DNA of 64,000 bases. Source: Zootoca vivipara. Taxonomy: Eukaryota. The stretch's first letter is position 1. Each line of letters begins with the position of its first letter. The stretch lies in contig NC_083290.1 of NCBI RefSeq assembly GCF_963506605.1, positions 36,146,001 through 36,210,000 on the forward strand, written 5' to 3'. Made by a program: the position numbers and the translations under genes. The notes below the pieces were generated by a model that saw only the letters and a program-made list of their open reading frames with translations, was not told the origin of the DNA and did no database searches. Positions 36,901-48,737 of the stretch are shown in pieces.

Positions 36901-39900
36901 CTCGCCATTCAAACCAGCATCAGGAGACTGGGAAGGGTACGCCGCCCATTTCAACTTCCTCCTGCAAGCGAAAGAAGTCACCAACGATGCCATGAAGAGG
37001 GCGACATTCTTCAGCGTCTGTGGAGAGGAGACGTTTGAAATCGCCCGGGCTCTCCTTGCACCTAGAGATGTCGCTACCGTCTCTTACAAAACAATAATGG
37101 AACGGCTGAAGGAGCACTTCTCACCACAGCCCTCGGTGGTAGCTTGCCGAAATGCCTTCTACGCAAAGCGGCAAGCCCCGGGGGAAACCATAACTGGGTT
37201 TGTGACCTCCCTCCGCCAAGCCGCCCGGTTATGCAACTTCTCAGAATTGGAGAACATGCTTCGTGACCGCCTCGTCGGTGGCCTGAGGGACGAGATGTTG
37301 CAACGACGCCTCTACGCCAAAAAAGACCTCACGTTCCAGATTGCCCTGGAGGAAGCCCTGGCAACCGAAGCCGCCGAGAGGTCAACGCAAGAGGCACGAC
37401 CGGCCCCGCCATCCCAACCGAGGGTCTACCACGAAGACCTCACCGACGAATCCGAATCTGACAGGGAGGAAGTACACAGAGTACAGCGGCGCACTCAAGC
37501 AGCACACACACCACAGCAGCCTCGACGAGAAGGAGGGAACTGTGCAAGCTGCGGGGAGAACCACGAGAGGAGGACCTGTCGTTTCCGCAACGCAGAGTGC
37601 AGGCAGTGCAGAAAATTAGGACACATCGCCCGGGTGTGTCGGGCTCGACTCACACGTCGACAAGCATCAGATGACCGACCCAGGAGCCCCAGGTCACACG
37701 GCACCATGCACCAAGGCAACTCGACGGAGATCACGGACTATCAGGTATTCCAGTTGCCCCATCCCAGCACAGAGAAAATTTATATAGAGGTACAGATAGA
37801 GGGAGCCCCATGCCGCATGGAGCTGGACACGGGTTCAACTCTATCCATAATCTCGGCCCGAACATTAAGGGAACTGTGCCCTAATGGGGGTCCCAAACTA
37901 AGGCCGGCCCCATTCACCCTCCGGGACTTCCAGAAACGTAAGGTCCCTACTATGGGGGTGGGAACCTTCAGGGTGCAATATCGAGGGCGAAAGCAACAAT
38001 TGGACTTGCTGGTAGTTAAGGGCCCCTACGTTAGCTTACTGGGACTGGCATGGTTTGCACCTCTGGGGCTAGCCGTTACCGGGGTGAACCGCACTAGCTT
38101 ACAAGTGGACGTGGACGCCATATGCAAAGAGTTTCCAGGGGTTTTCGATGGGGCATTGGGACGATATACAGGACCCCCCATTGCCCTACAGCTAGACCCC
38201 GCTGTACGACCCATCAGGCACAAGGCCCGCCGGGTCCCGTTCGCCCTGAAACCCCGCATAGACGAGGAATTGGACCGGCTCGTGGAGCAAGGAGTGCTGG
38301 AGCCGGTGCCCAACGCCCCCTGGGAAACTCCAATTGTCACACCCGTCAAGCCTAACGGTTCGGTCCGCATCTGTGCAGACTACAAATGCACCATAAACAA
38401 GGCTCTCACGGCCCATGCATACCCAGTGCCAGTGGTCAGCCATGTCCTCGCCACCCTGGCTGGGTCAAAAATCTTTGGCAAACTGGACTTGGCCCAAGCG
38501 TATCAACAGTTGCCTGTGGACGAAGCCACAGCAGAGGCCCAGACGATTGTGACGCACAGAGGGGCATTCAGAGTAAAGCGGCTGCAATTTGGCGTTAGCG
38601 TGGCACCAGGCATATTCCAGAATCTAATGGACTCTCTCCTTAAAGGGATTCCTGACGTCACCCCCTTCTTCGATGATGTACTGATCGCCGGGCCCACACC
38701 AGAGGAATTTGAGGACCGCCTCCGCTCCGTCCTGCACCGTTTCCAGACGGCGGGCCTCAAGGTGAAGCGGGAAAAGTGTTTACTGGGAGTGCCGCAGGTG
38801 GACTTTCTGGGATTTAAGGTGGACGCAGAAGGGGTCCATCCAACCGGTGACAAGGTACGGGCCATTTGTGAGGCCCCAGCGCCCAAGAGCAAGCCCGAAC
38901 TTCAGTCATTCTTGGGACTATTGAACTTTTACCATGCCTTCCTTCCCCATAAGGCAGCGGTAGCGGAGCCCCTACACAGACTCCTAGATAAAAGGGCCCC
39001 TTGGGTGTGGGGCCAGCGACAAAGGGCCGCATTCCAGGCAGTCAAGGACTTGCTCGTCTCGAACTCGGTCTTAGCACACTTCGACGAGAGGCTGCCAGTG
39101 GTGCTGGCATGCGACGCCTCTCCCTATGGCATCGGCGCTGTCCTGGGACACCAACTCCCGGATGGAAGAGAGGTGCCGGTGGCATACTTCTCCCAGACGC
39201 TTGCTGCAGCCGAACGAAACTACTCACAGATTGACAAGGAGGGTCTGGCAATCGTGAAGGGCGTAAAAAAATTCCATGATTTCTTGTACGGGCGGCCCTT
39301 TACCATAGTGACTGACCACAAGCCGTTGCTTGGCCTGTTTGCCCCTGAGAAGCAGACCCCCCAAGTGTTGTCTCCACGTGTCCTCAGGTGGTCAATTTTC
39401 CTTGCCGGCTACCAGTATGCACTAATCCACCGCCCTGGGAAGGCGATGGGCCACGCAGACGCCCTCAGCAGGCTACCACTACCAGAAACAGGCCCCGACC
39501 CAGCGCCTGCGCAAGAGGTTATGACCCTGGAGCTGCTTCCCGACCGACCCATTCAGGCACAAGAAGTTGCGCACCATTCCACAAAAGATAGGGTCATCTC
39601 CCGGGTCCTGGACTGGGTGTGGCGAGGATGGCCCAGCAGCAGCCCCGGGCCAGAATTCGCTGGCTACACAAACCGCAAACATGAACTGTCGGCCCACAAG
39701 GGGTGCCTGTTATGGGGAAGCAGGGTTGTTGTTCCCCAGCCCCTCCGCAAAAGGGTCCTCACAGCCCTACACGAGACACACCCAGGGGTAGTGAGGATGA
39801 AGGCCCTTGCCAAGAGTTATGTGTGGTGGCCGGGGATTGACAGAGAGATAGAGGCCTGGGTCCAACACTGCCAGACCTGCCAAGAATCCCGCCCGGATCC

Positions 39901-42900
39901 CCCTAGGGCCCCAGTCCAGCCCTGGGAGTCCGCCCGACATCCATGGTCACGCTTGCACGTGGACTTCGCTGGCCCCTTCCAGGGAAAAACATTCTTCATA
40001 GTGGTGGATTCCTACACCAAATGGCTGGAGGTCGCACTGGTACCATCCACTTCTACGGCGGCAGCCATCCGGGTACTACGTAAGCTGTTTGCGACCCACG
40101 GGCTCCCTGACACCCTCGTCTCGGACAATGGAACCGCATTCACGTCAGAGGAGTTCCAGACCTTCACAGCGCAGAACGCCATCCGCCACATCCGCTCAGC
40201 ACCATTCCACCCTGCCACCAATGGCCAAGCGGAGCGCATGGTGCGGACCACCAAGGACAGCCTCCGCCGCATGACACAAGGGGACTGGGAATACCGCCTT
40301 GCCGCATTTCTTCTAGCACAGCACAGCACCCCAAGCACAACGACGGGCCGGAGCCCAGCTGAATTACTAATGGGCCGGCGCCTTGCAACTAGACTGGACC
40401 GACTTCACCCCGACAGAGCTCAGGATGAGGTAGTGGTGGGGAAAGGCAGGAACCCCCGGACATTTGTGGCCCAGGACCCAGTGTATGCAAAGAATTTTGG
40501 GGCAGGCCCAGCATGGGTACCCGCCACAGTCACCAAGGTGACCGGTCCCGTGTCGTACGAGGTACTAACGGAAGGGGGGCAATGTTGGCGCCGCCACTGC
40601 GACCAGCTACGGCGACGATTCCCAGGAGGAACCCGGGAGGAGAGCGGGACAGAGGGGTCCCAAGGGGACAGCAGGGCAGTGAGGCCTGTAGAGCGAGAGG
40701 GGTGGGCAGGGGAAGCAGAAGCAGTAGGCACAGAGGGGCGCCCCGAGGCTGGAAGGACACCGGAACCAGAGCTACAACCTAGTGGTTCAGTGGCGCCAGA
40801 CCAGACAGCCCCGGCACAGCCAGCAGCCTCGGAACACGAGCCAGAACCAGAACCCCTGACCAAGGAACACCCCAGGCCACAACGCACACGGAGGCGGCCA
40901 GCAGACCTTGGGGACTACGAATGCAACTTCCCGGGCAGGACTGGAACTTAGAGGGGAGGGGTGTTATGTACTGAGCTGAATCCTAGAACAATAGGATTCA
41001 GAATCAGCGGGAGCTACCCAATCCAACTCCAGGTGGAAGTGAATCTGCAACCTGATTGGCCTGCTGGAGCAGCCAATCAGGCGGCTGGCAGAAGTGAATC
41101 TGCTACCTGATTGGCCTGTAGGAGCAGCCAATCAGGCTGCAGGCAGAAGTCAATCCACAATATAATTGGCCCACAGGTGTAGCCCTGAAGTAGCCAATCA
41201 CGCAAGGCCCATTGTGTAAATAATGTATATAAGCAGATGGTTTTGGGAAAAGAGCCACTCGTCTTCTCTTCTCCTCCTTGATGACTATGAGCTGAATAAA
41301 GAGCATGAAATTCACTCTCGACTCCGAGTATATTTCAGCCTCCTTGCTGCACCCATTTCCTCCCGCGTCAGTCCCCCTCACCTCGATGTAGATAGCTGCC
41401 GCTACTTGTGGCATTCCGGCAAACTCCTGGTCCTCGAGAGCAGCGGTGATGTTTTCTACCATGGGAGGGATCCACCAGTGTCGCTTTCCGACAGCTCTGA
41501 AATGAAGAACCAGATCTGGGTAAGGAAGGGAAATACACTGCAGGAAGCAAACAGGGGCACAGTCCGATCCCGTGCCATAAACTCCGTTTGCCAGACCATT
41601 GGGGAAGGTCACTGTGTTCTTCCTCTTACCTCACCATGGCAGCCAACCCCTGGCTGAAATTCTCCCGGCAGAAAAGTTGGTCAACAATGGCCGCCTCTAC
41701 TTGTTCTTCAGTGGTGCCGAGAAGGAGGTGCAGAACTTCCTTAGCCCCTCTGTAACCAAAGCAAGGCCAGTTTTACCAGGAGGGTCATTGCCAACCACTC
41801 AAATTCCTTCCCCATCCTTGCTCCCTAGCAGCAGCCTGAAAGAGAGCCTCCCTTGGAAAACCAAGCTGGACTGGCAACCCCCCCCCCCGAGGTTGAAGGG
41901 AAAAGGACTCCATTGGCCCCTTTGCAACACACTACTCACCCGAGGAATTCCTGGTCATAATGGAAGTTGACAACCATCCCCAGGAGAGCGATCAGCAGCT
42001 GCGGGAAGTTCCGGCACACAGCTGCCTTGTATACCTCCATCCTGAGGATGGTGTGCAACAAGCTGGTGAGATGTTGCTGGAAGAGAGAGAGGTGCAAGTT
42101 ACTTTCCCTGCTTTTCTGCAGAATACAGAAACCCCTTGATATTACCCTGGGAAGAAGGAAGCCAGAAAGCAGGTGGTTCGTCCTTACCACTTGGGTGGCA
42201 GATTCTGCCAAGGGGCTTTGGTAAAGCTGCTCGGCCATGAGATGGAGCAGTTGTTCTTGGTCGGCCGATGCCAAAACCTCCTTCCATACTCTCTCGCAGT
42301 CTCTGTGAATGCAAAAACAAGATCAATGGTCAGATTCAAGTCTTCTCCTTGCTGCCATGCCACACAGAGAGGAAATGGCAGCAAGGGCCATTTCTGAGCA
42401 AGCTCTGCATCTTGCCAACCTTTCCCTTAGCACAGTAGAACCTGGAGGGCTCCATACCTGAAGGGAAACTGGAGGAGGTATGCAACCACTTTCGCCAGGT
42501 GTTGGTGTGGCATGATGGACAGAGCAAAGGCGGCCATGTTTCTGCCCTGCACTGTAGGCCCCTGGGTGATTTGATAGAAGGCCTCCAGCAGCACCTCCAC
42601 CTGTCAGAGAAAAGGAGAGGGTTGCTGGGAGAGTACAAGGAAGCGGGGCTGTCTGCAGGCGGATCCCTCCATCTCTCATAGAAAGAGGGGCCCTTGACCT
42701 GTGCCACCACAGCCATCTTCCTTCGAAGGTACCACTCAGGGTCCTTGGGAGTTTTGGACCTAGGCAGCTCCAGGGCGCCAGTTGCCCTATCCATTCTTGG
42801 CCAAGAGAAGAAGCTTGCCAGTCTGCTCCCAGGTGGAGGAGGATTCCCCATTGCTGGACCCATGTTTCTCAGGACCCTTGGCTGAGGTTCTTGTCCTGAC

Positions 42901-45900
42901 ATTGCCAGGCCTCTCTAAACAAACATGTGTCCTGGCCACCCAATGGCATGAGGTTGCCTCCCCTACAGCAAAGTGGAGAATCTTCTTCTCTCCTACCTTT
43001 GCAGACACCTTACCTCCACTTTTGTGCCGCTAAACTGCTTGATGAACTCTTGCAGCAAGTGGGAGATGTCCAAGGGGTTGAAGCTGCTCTCGACAACCAG
43101 GTCACTGGCCAGGAAGCACATGGCCTCCAAGAGCTGCTGCGCAGGAAGATAGGCACCAAAGACCTGAATGAAGCAAGAGAGGAAGGTCAGAGCTGCCCAC
43201 AGGGCAGGGCTGGGGAGCATAAAGCCCAGGTGCTGTCTCTGCGGAACCCAGAACATGTGGCTTGAGAGACCGCTGTGCCTTGTGTGACAGTGACTTACCC
43301 TGGCAAGAGAGTAACAATCATTCACGAACAATTCAGGAACCGGTCCTCTGGTGGATTGGAGGACCTTCTGAGCTCGAAGGATGAGGGTTTGGTCCCACGA
43401 TGTTCGTGCCAGTGTCTCTGCAAAGGAAAGCCAAAGGGTTAGTTCGGGCCTTGCTCATCCCACCCCATGCTGGAATGCATTCCTTCCAGTATTACCTTCT
43501 TTGCGCTGCAGGATGGGCAGAAGATGGCAGAGGGCCTCTGCTGCCTGCTGCCTGCACTCCGGGTCTGGATCCAAAGCACACAGACAGGAAATAGCCACCA
43601 GTTGGCCAAGGGAGGATGCAGGAAGCGCTACCGATGGCTGAGAAGAGACCCAGAGAAGTGACTGATAAGAGAAGAGACCCATCACCATTTTCCCTATAAC
43701 ATTTTTATTAAATCTTCAAAACATTCCAAAACATTTAGCATCCTATACAGTGGTGTGTGTGTGTGAATAATTTCTTTTTGACTTCCCACCCCTCTTTTCC
43801 TGATGTTTGCTTTTTACTTCTTCTTACTCACTGGGGTTTGCTGTACTATGGCCCAGCTCTTTTCTCAAAATTGGTTATGTGCTGTGATGCCTGATTGTCC
43901 CTTGGGCCCCTTGCAGGGTGGGCCTGGAAGGGGCAGCCTGAAGGCCTGGTCAGCCCTGCATGGTTGCAATGCTTTCCTTCAGTAACTCACATATTCCTGG
44001 ATCTTCTGCAGGAGGGCGGAAAGATCTTGGAGCGCCTTCCTTCGGATCTTCCCACTCTTCATCCTGGTGACGACATCCATAAGCCTGGCCTTCAGCTGGT
44101 CCTTTCTGAAGCCGTCGGGAGGAGGATCAGCCGTGCCCAGAGAACCTGTGGTTGAGATGCTGAGGGGAGAGAGGAGGAGCACTTTTGTAAAAAGGTTTTA
44201 TTGCCTCCCATCCTTCAAAGACCCCAAGCACCACCACCATAGAAATGGACCGGGGTGGTGGTGATGGCTTTTGGAAGCAATTGATTACAATGTTTCCCCC
44301 TTTTAAAGACACTGTCTTATAACATTTTTTCCTCAAAAAAACACAGGGTGGCTTACTTTTGGTGGGGTGTCTTTTTTTATTTTATTACCGGCACGGTTTT
44401 TACAGCTCAGGGCGCTGGCTCAGGGCGCTGCTGGGCTCTCTTGAGTGTTTGGCGCTGCAGCAGCCGCCAGTTCCAGGTGGCGGAGCAGCAGGCGTCCTTG
44501 GCCGGGCCAGGCAAGGAAGAAGCAGTGAGCCCAGCGGTGGTGGCAAGCACGGAAGCGGCAGGAACGACGGTGGATGAGAAGGTGGAGTGCGGGGATGCAG
44601 CCAGCAAGGCGGGAGCGTGATCAGCTGTTAAGCGGCGCTCTTGGAGCGCCGCTTCACAGCTGATCGCGCTCCTGCAGTGCCGGCCGCATGGAGTGACTAT
44701 GTGAGGTGGAGGTGCCTGTGGGGGTTGGCTTATTTTCGGGGTATGTCTTGTATTTCTCAAATACTTAAAAACCCTGCCATGGCTTACTTTATGACTACGT
44801 ATTAAAAAAAGGGGAAACAGGGTACTGTGGGGCGGGGGGGGGGCGGTTCGCATAGCATTACCTTGCATAAAGATCCTCCTCATCTTCCAGGCTGATTACT
44901 GATATTTCATCCTCGTCAAAATCAATTCCCTGTCCATGAGAAAAGAGAAACAGGAACGTCAGAATGTGAAGAATGGATCAGACCCATTCATGTTTTTGTG
45001 TTGATCAGGAAAGCGCAGATGAGGTATGTTGGGAAACAAACTGAAAATCTCTGTTCCCCATTTCCTTAGAGACCTTATTAATCCATTCATTTAGAGGATT
45101 TGTACCCCTCTCTTAGGGAAGCGGGTGGCGCTGTGGTCTAAACCACAGAGCCTAGGGCTTGCCGATCAGAAGGTTGGCGGTTCGAATCCCCACGATGGGG
45201 TGCGCTCCCGTTGTTCGGTCCCTGCTCCTGCCAACCTAGCAGTTCAAAAGCACGTCAAAGTGCAAGCAGATAAACAGGCACCGCTCCTGTGGGAAGGTAA
45301 ACAGTGTTTCCGTACACTGCTCTGGTTTGCCAGAAGCGGCTTAGTCATGCTGGCCACATGACCCAGAAGCTGTACGCTGGCTCCCTCGGCCATTAAAGCG
45401 AGATGAGCGCCGCAACCCCAGAGTCAGGGGTCCCTTTACCTTTACCTTGCCCCTCTCTTAAGGCAAAAAGGCTCCAAGGGAGCCTTCCATGAAATCAAAT
45501 GCAAGAAACTCCCTAATGGTGACTTCTTTTGTAATAACACGCAAATCACAAAGAAGCAATTCATAAACTAGAACACAAATTGTTATATAGTACACGTAAC
45601 ACAGGTTCCCAACACACATACTATCTCACAATGTAACATCTTATTGAGAATCAAAGGCCTAGCTAGCAATCCTTGGCCTAGTTAGCAATGCTTATTGTGC
45701 ATGTGTATTAGATTAGGTAATGACATACGTATTAAATATGAAATGAGACAATGATGAATATTAAAATATTAAATGATGTAATGTTTTATGTGATTGGTTA
45801 AATCAAAATCCTTTGTCTGAAATGTTATAAATTCCTGCCCGACCTTTGGGCGGGGTTGCAGTATTCCGAAAAGATTTGACTGTAACCTTATTGCTTTGCA

Positions 45901-46894
45901 ATAAACAAAATGGACTCCTAACTCCTCTTGTCTCTGAGTTTTATTGGCTAACTCAGAAGATAAGCCATTTTTGGCTTACAACAATGCTGGCCACATGACC
46001 CAGAAACTGTATGCTGGCTCCCTCGGCCAGTAAAGCGAGACCCCAGAGTCAGGGGTCCCTTTACCTTGTCCCTCTTTTAAGGCAAAAAGGCTCCAAGGGA
46101 GCCTTCCATGATATCAAATGCAAGAAACTCCACTCCCTAATGGTGGTTTCTTTTAAACAATCTGATCAACAGAAATACAACACACAAGGAAAGGGGGCAA
46201 GGAAGGCAGAGGAAAAGACAACTCAGAAGCTCAGGCCTCAGTGTCTAGAATGTCATCTCTCCCACTGAGGCAGCCTGATGAAATGGCTGCCGCCAGATGA
46301 CAGTTGGGGGAGAGGAGGCCTGAGGGAGCTGGCCTGTCTCAGCAGAGCCCATGGCGCTGTTTCTCATCCGTCCTTCCTCCAAGAGCAGAGCTCCGCCAGG
46401 CCTCCTGTCTCTCCCTCGCCTGCACCTGGGAGCAGCCCTTTCCTGCAATGGACTCTGTGGACAGGTGGGTAGCAGGGCTCCCTGCCTCAGCTCTGCAGAA
46501 AAACCAGCTCCATCCGGCACCCCCTTCCCCTCCACTTGGCCAGCCACTCACGCTTTCTTTTCTTCTTCTGTTTTTCCCTTTCCCTTCCAAATTATAGTAC
46601 AACATTACATCCAGCATGTAGAAATATAAATGATGCCTCTCCCAGATTCACATGAACATAAACCAGAAGGAATCCTCTGTACAAAATAATATTCAATCGA
46701 CTGCAATATAGGACACTGAATTTTCCTTTTCAGCATTCCTTCTCCCCTTCCAAAAACCTGGGCAAAGCTCAACCCTTTCTTTGATTTTGGATAGCTCTTT
46801 GCCAAACTTGGTGATACTATTAATCTAGCTTCTAGAGTTAAGTCCACTGGCCCTGGCAACCTCCACTTACCTCCAGGGGTCGTGGGGAAGCCAT
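33960..46894 (-). CDS. MROH family-like gene, copy C, complete 19-coding-exon CDS, 752 aa, with a Gypsy element in intron 11
   Basis: Exons 46894-46871, 44929-44862, 44159-43991, 43637-43496, 43417-43299, 43163-43014, 42600-42458, 42302-42188, 42076-41940, 41749-41630, 41496-41382, 36039-35905 (GC donor), 35751-35587, 35293-35129, 35020-34916, 34798-34693, 34478-34416, 34270-34088, 33994-33960. Reading frame intact. Confidence 0.85.
36377..36752 (+). repeat. 5' LTR of Gypsy copy 1
   Basis: TGTTATG...TATTTCA; internal CCAAT repeats, TATATAA near 36641, AATAAA near 36710. Confidence 0.97.
36754..36771 (+). other. Primer-binding site complementary to the 3' end of tRNA-Ser(GCU)
   Basis: TGGCGACGAGGATGGGAT is the reverse complement of ...AUCCCAUCCUCGUCGCCA (vertebrate tRNA-Ser-GCU 3' end, from memory). 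It lies 1 nt after the 5' LTR and recurs at 59956-59973. Confidence 0.88.
36881..40951 (+). CDS. Gypsy Gag-Pol polyprotein, 1356 aa
   Basis: Single ORF with two CCHC knuckles (CASCGENHERRTC, CRQCRKLGHIARVC), protease LDTGS, RT (KLDLAQAY...FFDDVL), RNase H (CDASPYG, TDHKPL) and integrase (HETHPG...CQTC, HVDFAG, SDNG, AERMV). PR-RT-RH-IN order is Gypsy-type. Confidence 0.98.
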   Translation: MATDSSFSPFKPASGDWEGYAAHFNFLLQAKEVTNDAMKRATFFSVCGEETFEIARALLAPRDVATVSYKTIMERLKEHFSPQPSVVACRNAFYAKRQAPGETITGFVTSLRQAARLCNFSELENMLRDRLVGGLRDEMLQRRLYAKKDLTFQIALEEALATEAAERSTQEARPAPPSQPRVYHEDLTDESESDREEVHRVQRRTQAAHTPQQPRREGGNCASCGENHERRTCRFRNAECRQCRKLGHIARVCRARLTRRQASDDRPRSPRSHGTMHQGNSTEITDYQVFQLPHPSTEKIYIEVQIEGAPCRMELDTGSTLSIISARTLRELCPNGGPKLRPAPFTLRDFQKRKVPTMGVGTFRVQYRGRKQQLDLLVVKGPYVSLLGLAWFAPLGLAVTGVNRTSLQVDVDAICKEFPGVFDGALGRYTGPPIALQLDPAVRPIRHKARRVPFALKPRIDEELDRLVEQGVLEPVPNAPWETPIVTPVKPNGSVRICADYKCTINKALTAHAYPVPVVSHVLATLAGSKIFGKLDLAQAYQQLPVDEATAEAQTIVTHRGAFRVKRLQFGVSVAPGIFQNLMDSLLKGIPDVTPFFDDVLIAGPTPEEFEDRLRSVLHRFQTAGLKVKREKCLLGVPQVDFLGFKVDAEGVHPTGDKVRAICEAPAPKSKPELQSFLGLLNFYHAFLPHKAAVAEPLHRLLDKRAPWVWGQRQRAAFQAVKDLLVSNSVLAHFDERLPVVLACDASPYGIGAVLGHQLPDGREVPVAYFSQTLAAAERNYSQIDKEGLAIVKGVKKFHDFLYGRPFTIVTDHKPLLGLFAPEKQTPQVLSPRVLRWSIFLAGYQYALIHRPGKAMGHADALSRLPLPETGPDPAPAQEVMTLELLPDRPIQAQEVAHHSTKDRVISRVLDWVWRGWPSSSPGPEFAGYTNRKHELSAHKGCLLWGSRVVVPQPLRKRVLTALHETHPGVVRMKALAKSYVWWPGIDREIEAWVQHCQTCQESRPDPPRAPVQPWESARHPWSRLHVDFAGPFQGKTFFIVVDSYTKWLEVALVPSTSTAAAIRVLRKLFATHGLPDTLVSDNGTAFTSEEFQTFTAQNAIRHIRSAPFHPATNGQAERMVRTTKDSLRRMTQGDWEYRLAAFLLAQHSTPSTTTGRSPAELLMGRRLATRLDRLHPDRAQDEVVVGKGRNPRTFVAQDPVYAKNFGAGPAWVPATVTKVTGPVSYEVLTEGGQCWRRHCDQLRRRFPGGTREESGTEGSQGDSRAVRPVEREGWAGEAEAVGTEGRPEAGRTPEPELQPSGSVAPDQTAPAQPAASEHEPEPEPLTKEHPRPQRTRRRPADLGDYECNFPGRTGT
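40950..40961 (+). other. Polypurine tract
   Basis: AGAGGGGAGGGG abutting the 3' LTR. Confidence 0.92.
40962..41337 (+). repeat. 3' LTR of Gypsy copy 1
   Basis: Direct repeat of 36377-36752, immediately preceded by the PPT. Confidence 0.97.
44288..44822. mobile_element. Same Tc1/mariner-type element in copy C
   Basis: Paralogue of 3188-3722. Confidence 0.75.
45116..45447 (+). mobile_element. Sauria SINE, uninterrupted (copy C)
   Basis: As in copy B. Followed by a partial solo LTR (45535-45982) and a second SINE tail (45983-46067). Confidence 0.9.
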
Positions 46895-47719
46895 CTTCTA
46901 ATGTAGTGACTGAGCGAAGGTCACTACTGGCCACCTCTGCAAACCTCGAGATGCTGAAGATGCAGGACTGTTCAAACGGTCACAAGTTCCGTTGCTAGGC
47001 AGCGGCCCTTGAGAACATGGAATTCCCGGCCTCAGTGCCAATGTTCTAGGAGAGTCCATGTGGCCTAGTGGTTAGAGCAATGTGAATGCCATGCAACTCA
47101 AGGGTGATATATATATTCTTTGAAATGTACAGTTTAATACTTTTTATTATTATTTTAATCCTGCTTTGCAGACTCTTGTTGTCTTCTAAAGCAACTGACA
47201 CTGATTTAAAAGAAGATGAGACAAGTCCTGTCCTCAGGTTTAGAAACTCCAAAGACACCCAATGGAAGGGATGTGGAGGAACAAGGCAGAGGAAGAGCCC
47301 CTTTCCCAAGGCCCAAGGAGAGGCCTGAGATGTCCCCAGGCAAGTCCTGTCCTGCTGGTGCCACGCTGACCTTCTCCACCCCCAGCTCTTCTTGGACAGA
47401 GACACAGCCACTGACCATGTAGGGCTTCATGCCCAACTTCAAGGGGGCTGTGGGGCTCAAGTCCCTCTCAGATTTCCCCAGGGGGCTTATCTGGGCCCCA
47501 CAGGCAGTGACTGGCAAATGCGCAGGCTCACTTGAGGGGCTCAGTTGCAACTATGTTATCCTACAGGTTCCAGGATGGGGTGGGTGGGTGTTTATGGAGA
47601 ATTGGTAGCCTGGCTCCAAGGGCCCATTGCCCTCACAAAGGGCCTCCCCCTGAGCCCTGAGGGAAGAGAGGTGAGTTTCAGCAAGACCCAAGGCAGCCAT
47701 TCAGCCTCTAGCCTTTTTT

Positions 47720-47830
47720 GAGGCGTCCGGAGGAGACTGGTGAAACAGGGCTTATATACACTTCCGCCCGCCCCCTTGCGACACCCACCTAGGGCAGGAT
47801 TGGCTGCTTTGCACTCAGCAGTCAATCACA
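47720..47830 (-). promoter_or_regulatory. Putative core promoter of MROH copy C
   Basis: TATA at 47751-47759 with GC/ETS motifs; one CCAAT intact, the other changed to GTCAATC. Confidence 0.55.
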
Positions 47831-48737
47831 ATGCAGGGTTCAGAAGCCTGTCCTGTCTTGTGATGCGGACTCAGCTGAGAGCAGGAGACACCAAGGAGCA
47901 GATAGAACCCCTGACACCCCCCCTTTTCCTGGGAGCAACCAACTGCAAGGCCTCTGCATTGCCCCACAGAGGAGGGCCAAGGTCTGAAGGCGGCTGGATG
48001 GCCCAGTCAAGGGCCTCCCTGATAGGAAATAGAAATACGGTCTCCAGCTTTCCTAGGAGTGACACACTGCAAGGCTTCCGCTGGGCCTACGATGGCCACC
48101 TTTGGCAGACCCTCCAGGTGTCCTTATTTTCCAGGGCCGTCTCTGATTTAGCAGAGCCGTCCCAGTTTCTGATTTGATCCTGGAATGTTCCACTTTCCTT
48201 AGAATGTCCCTCGTTTGTTTGGGAAAATGGCCTGGAAGTTATGGAATTACAATGATACCTTAATTCTCAGACTCAATCCATTCCGGAAGTCCGTTCCAAA
48301 AGCAAAGCGTTTCCAAACCAAGCTGCGCTTTCCCATAGAAAGTAATGCAACATGGATTAATCCATTTTAGACTTTTAAAAACAACGCCTGAAACAGTTAT
48401 TTAACATGAATAGACCATTGATCCATAAAATGAAAACAATAAACATTGTACTGCAGTCACACAGATTCCCCTGGGGGGCTTACATGGGCCCCACAGGCAG
48501 CAGACAGTCCCTGGCAAATGCTCCCCACCTGCTGAATTTCTGCCTGCCAGAATAGTAGTAAATGTAGAAATCAATCCAAAATAGAAGGAATAAAGAAAAG
48601 GGGGAAGAGATAACAAGAAATTCTTCTTCTCTTCCTCATGGAGCTTTGCCTCCAACACCCTAACGGTGTTCACATAACCCCTCATCCCCCTGAGAGTTCC
48701 AATATAGAAAGGTTATGGTGCTTTAATGGCCAGGGAA

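Larger units (their letters stand above)
36377..41337 (+). mobile_element. Full-length Ty3/Gypsy LTR retrotransposon (K02A2.6-like/Mag-type), 4961 bp
   Basis: TG...CA LTRs at 36377-36752 and 40962-41337 (376 bp, no difference seen). 5-bp TSD GCCTC at 36372-36376 and 41338-41342. PBS and PPT present. Empty sites at 236-240 and 18583-18587. Confidence 0.98.

Noticed and set aside
41103-41657. Chimeric LTR/host ORFs (41103-41612 minus, 41223-41657 plus) as fusion genes
   Set aside because: They cross a canonical splice donor or run antisense to exons; there is no evidence of coding function.
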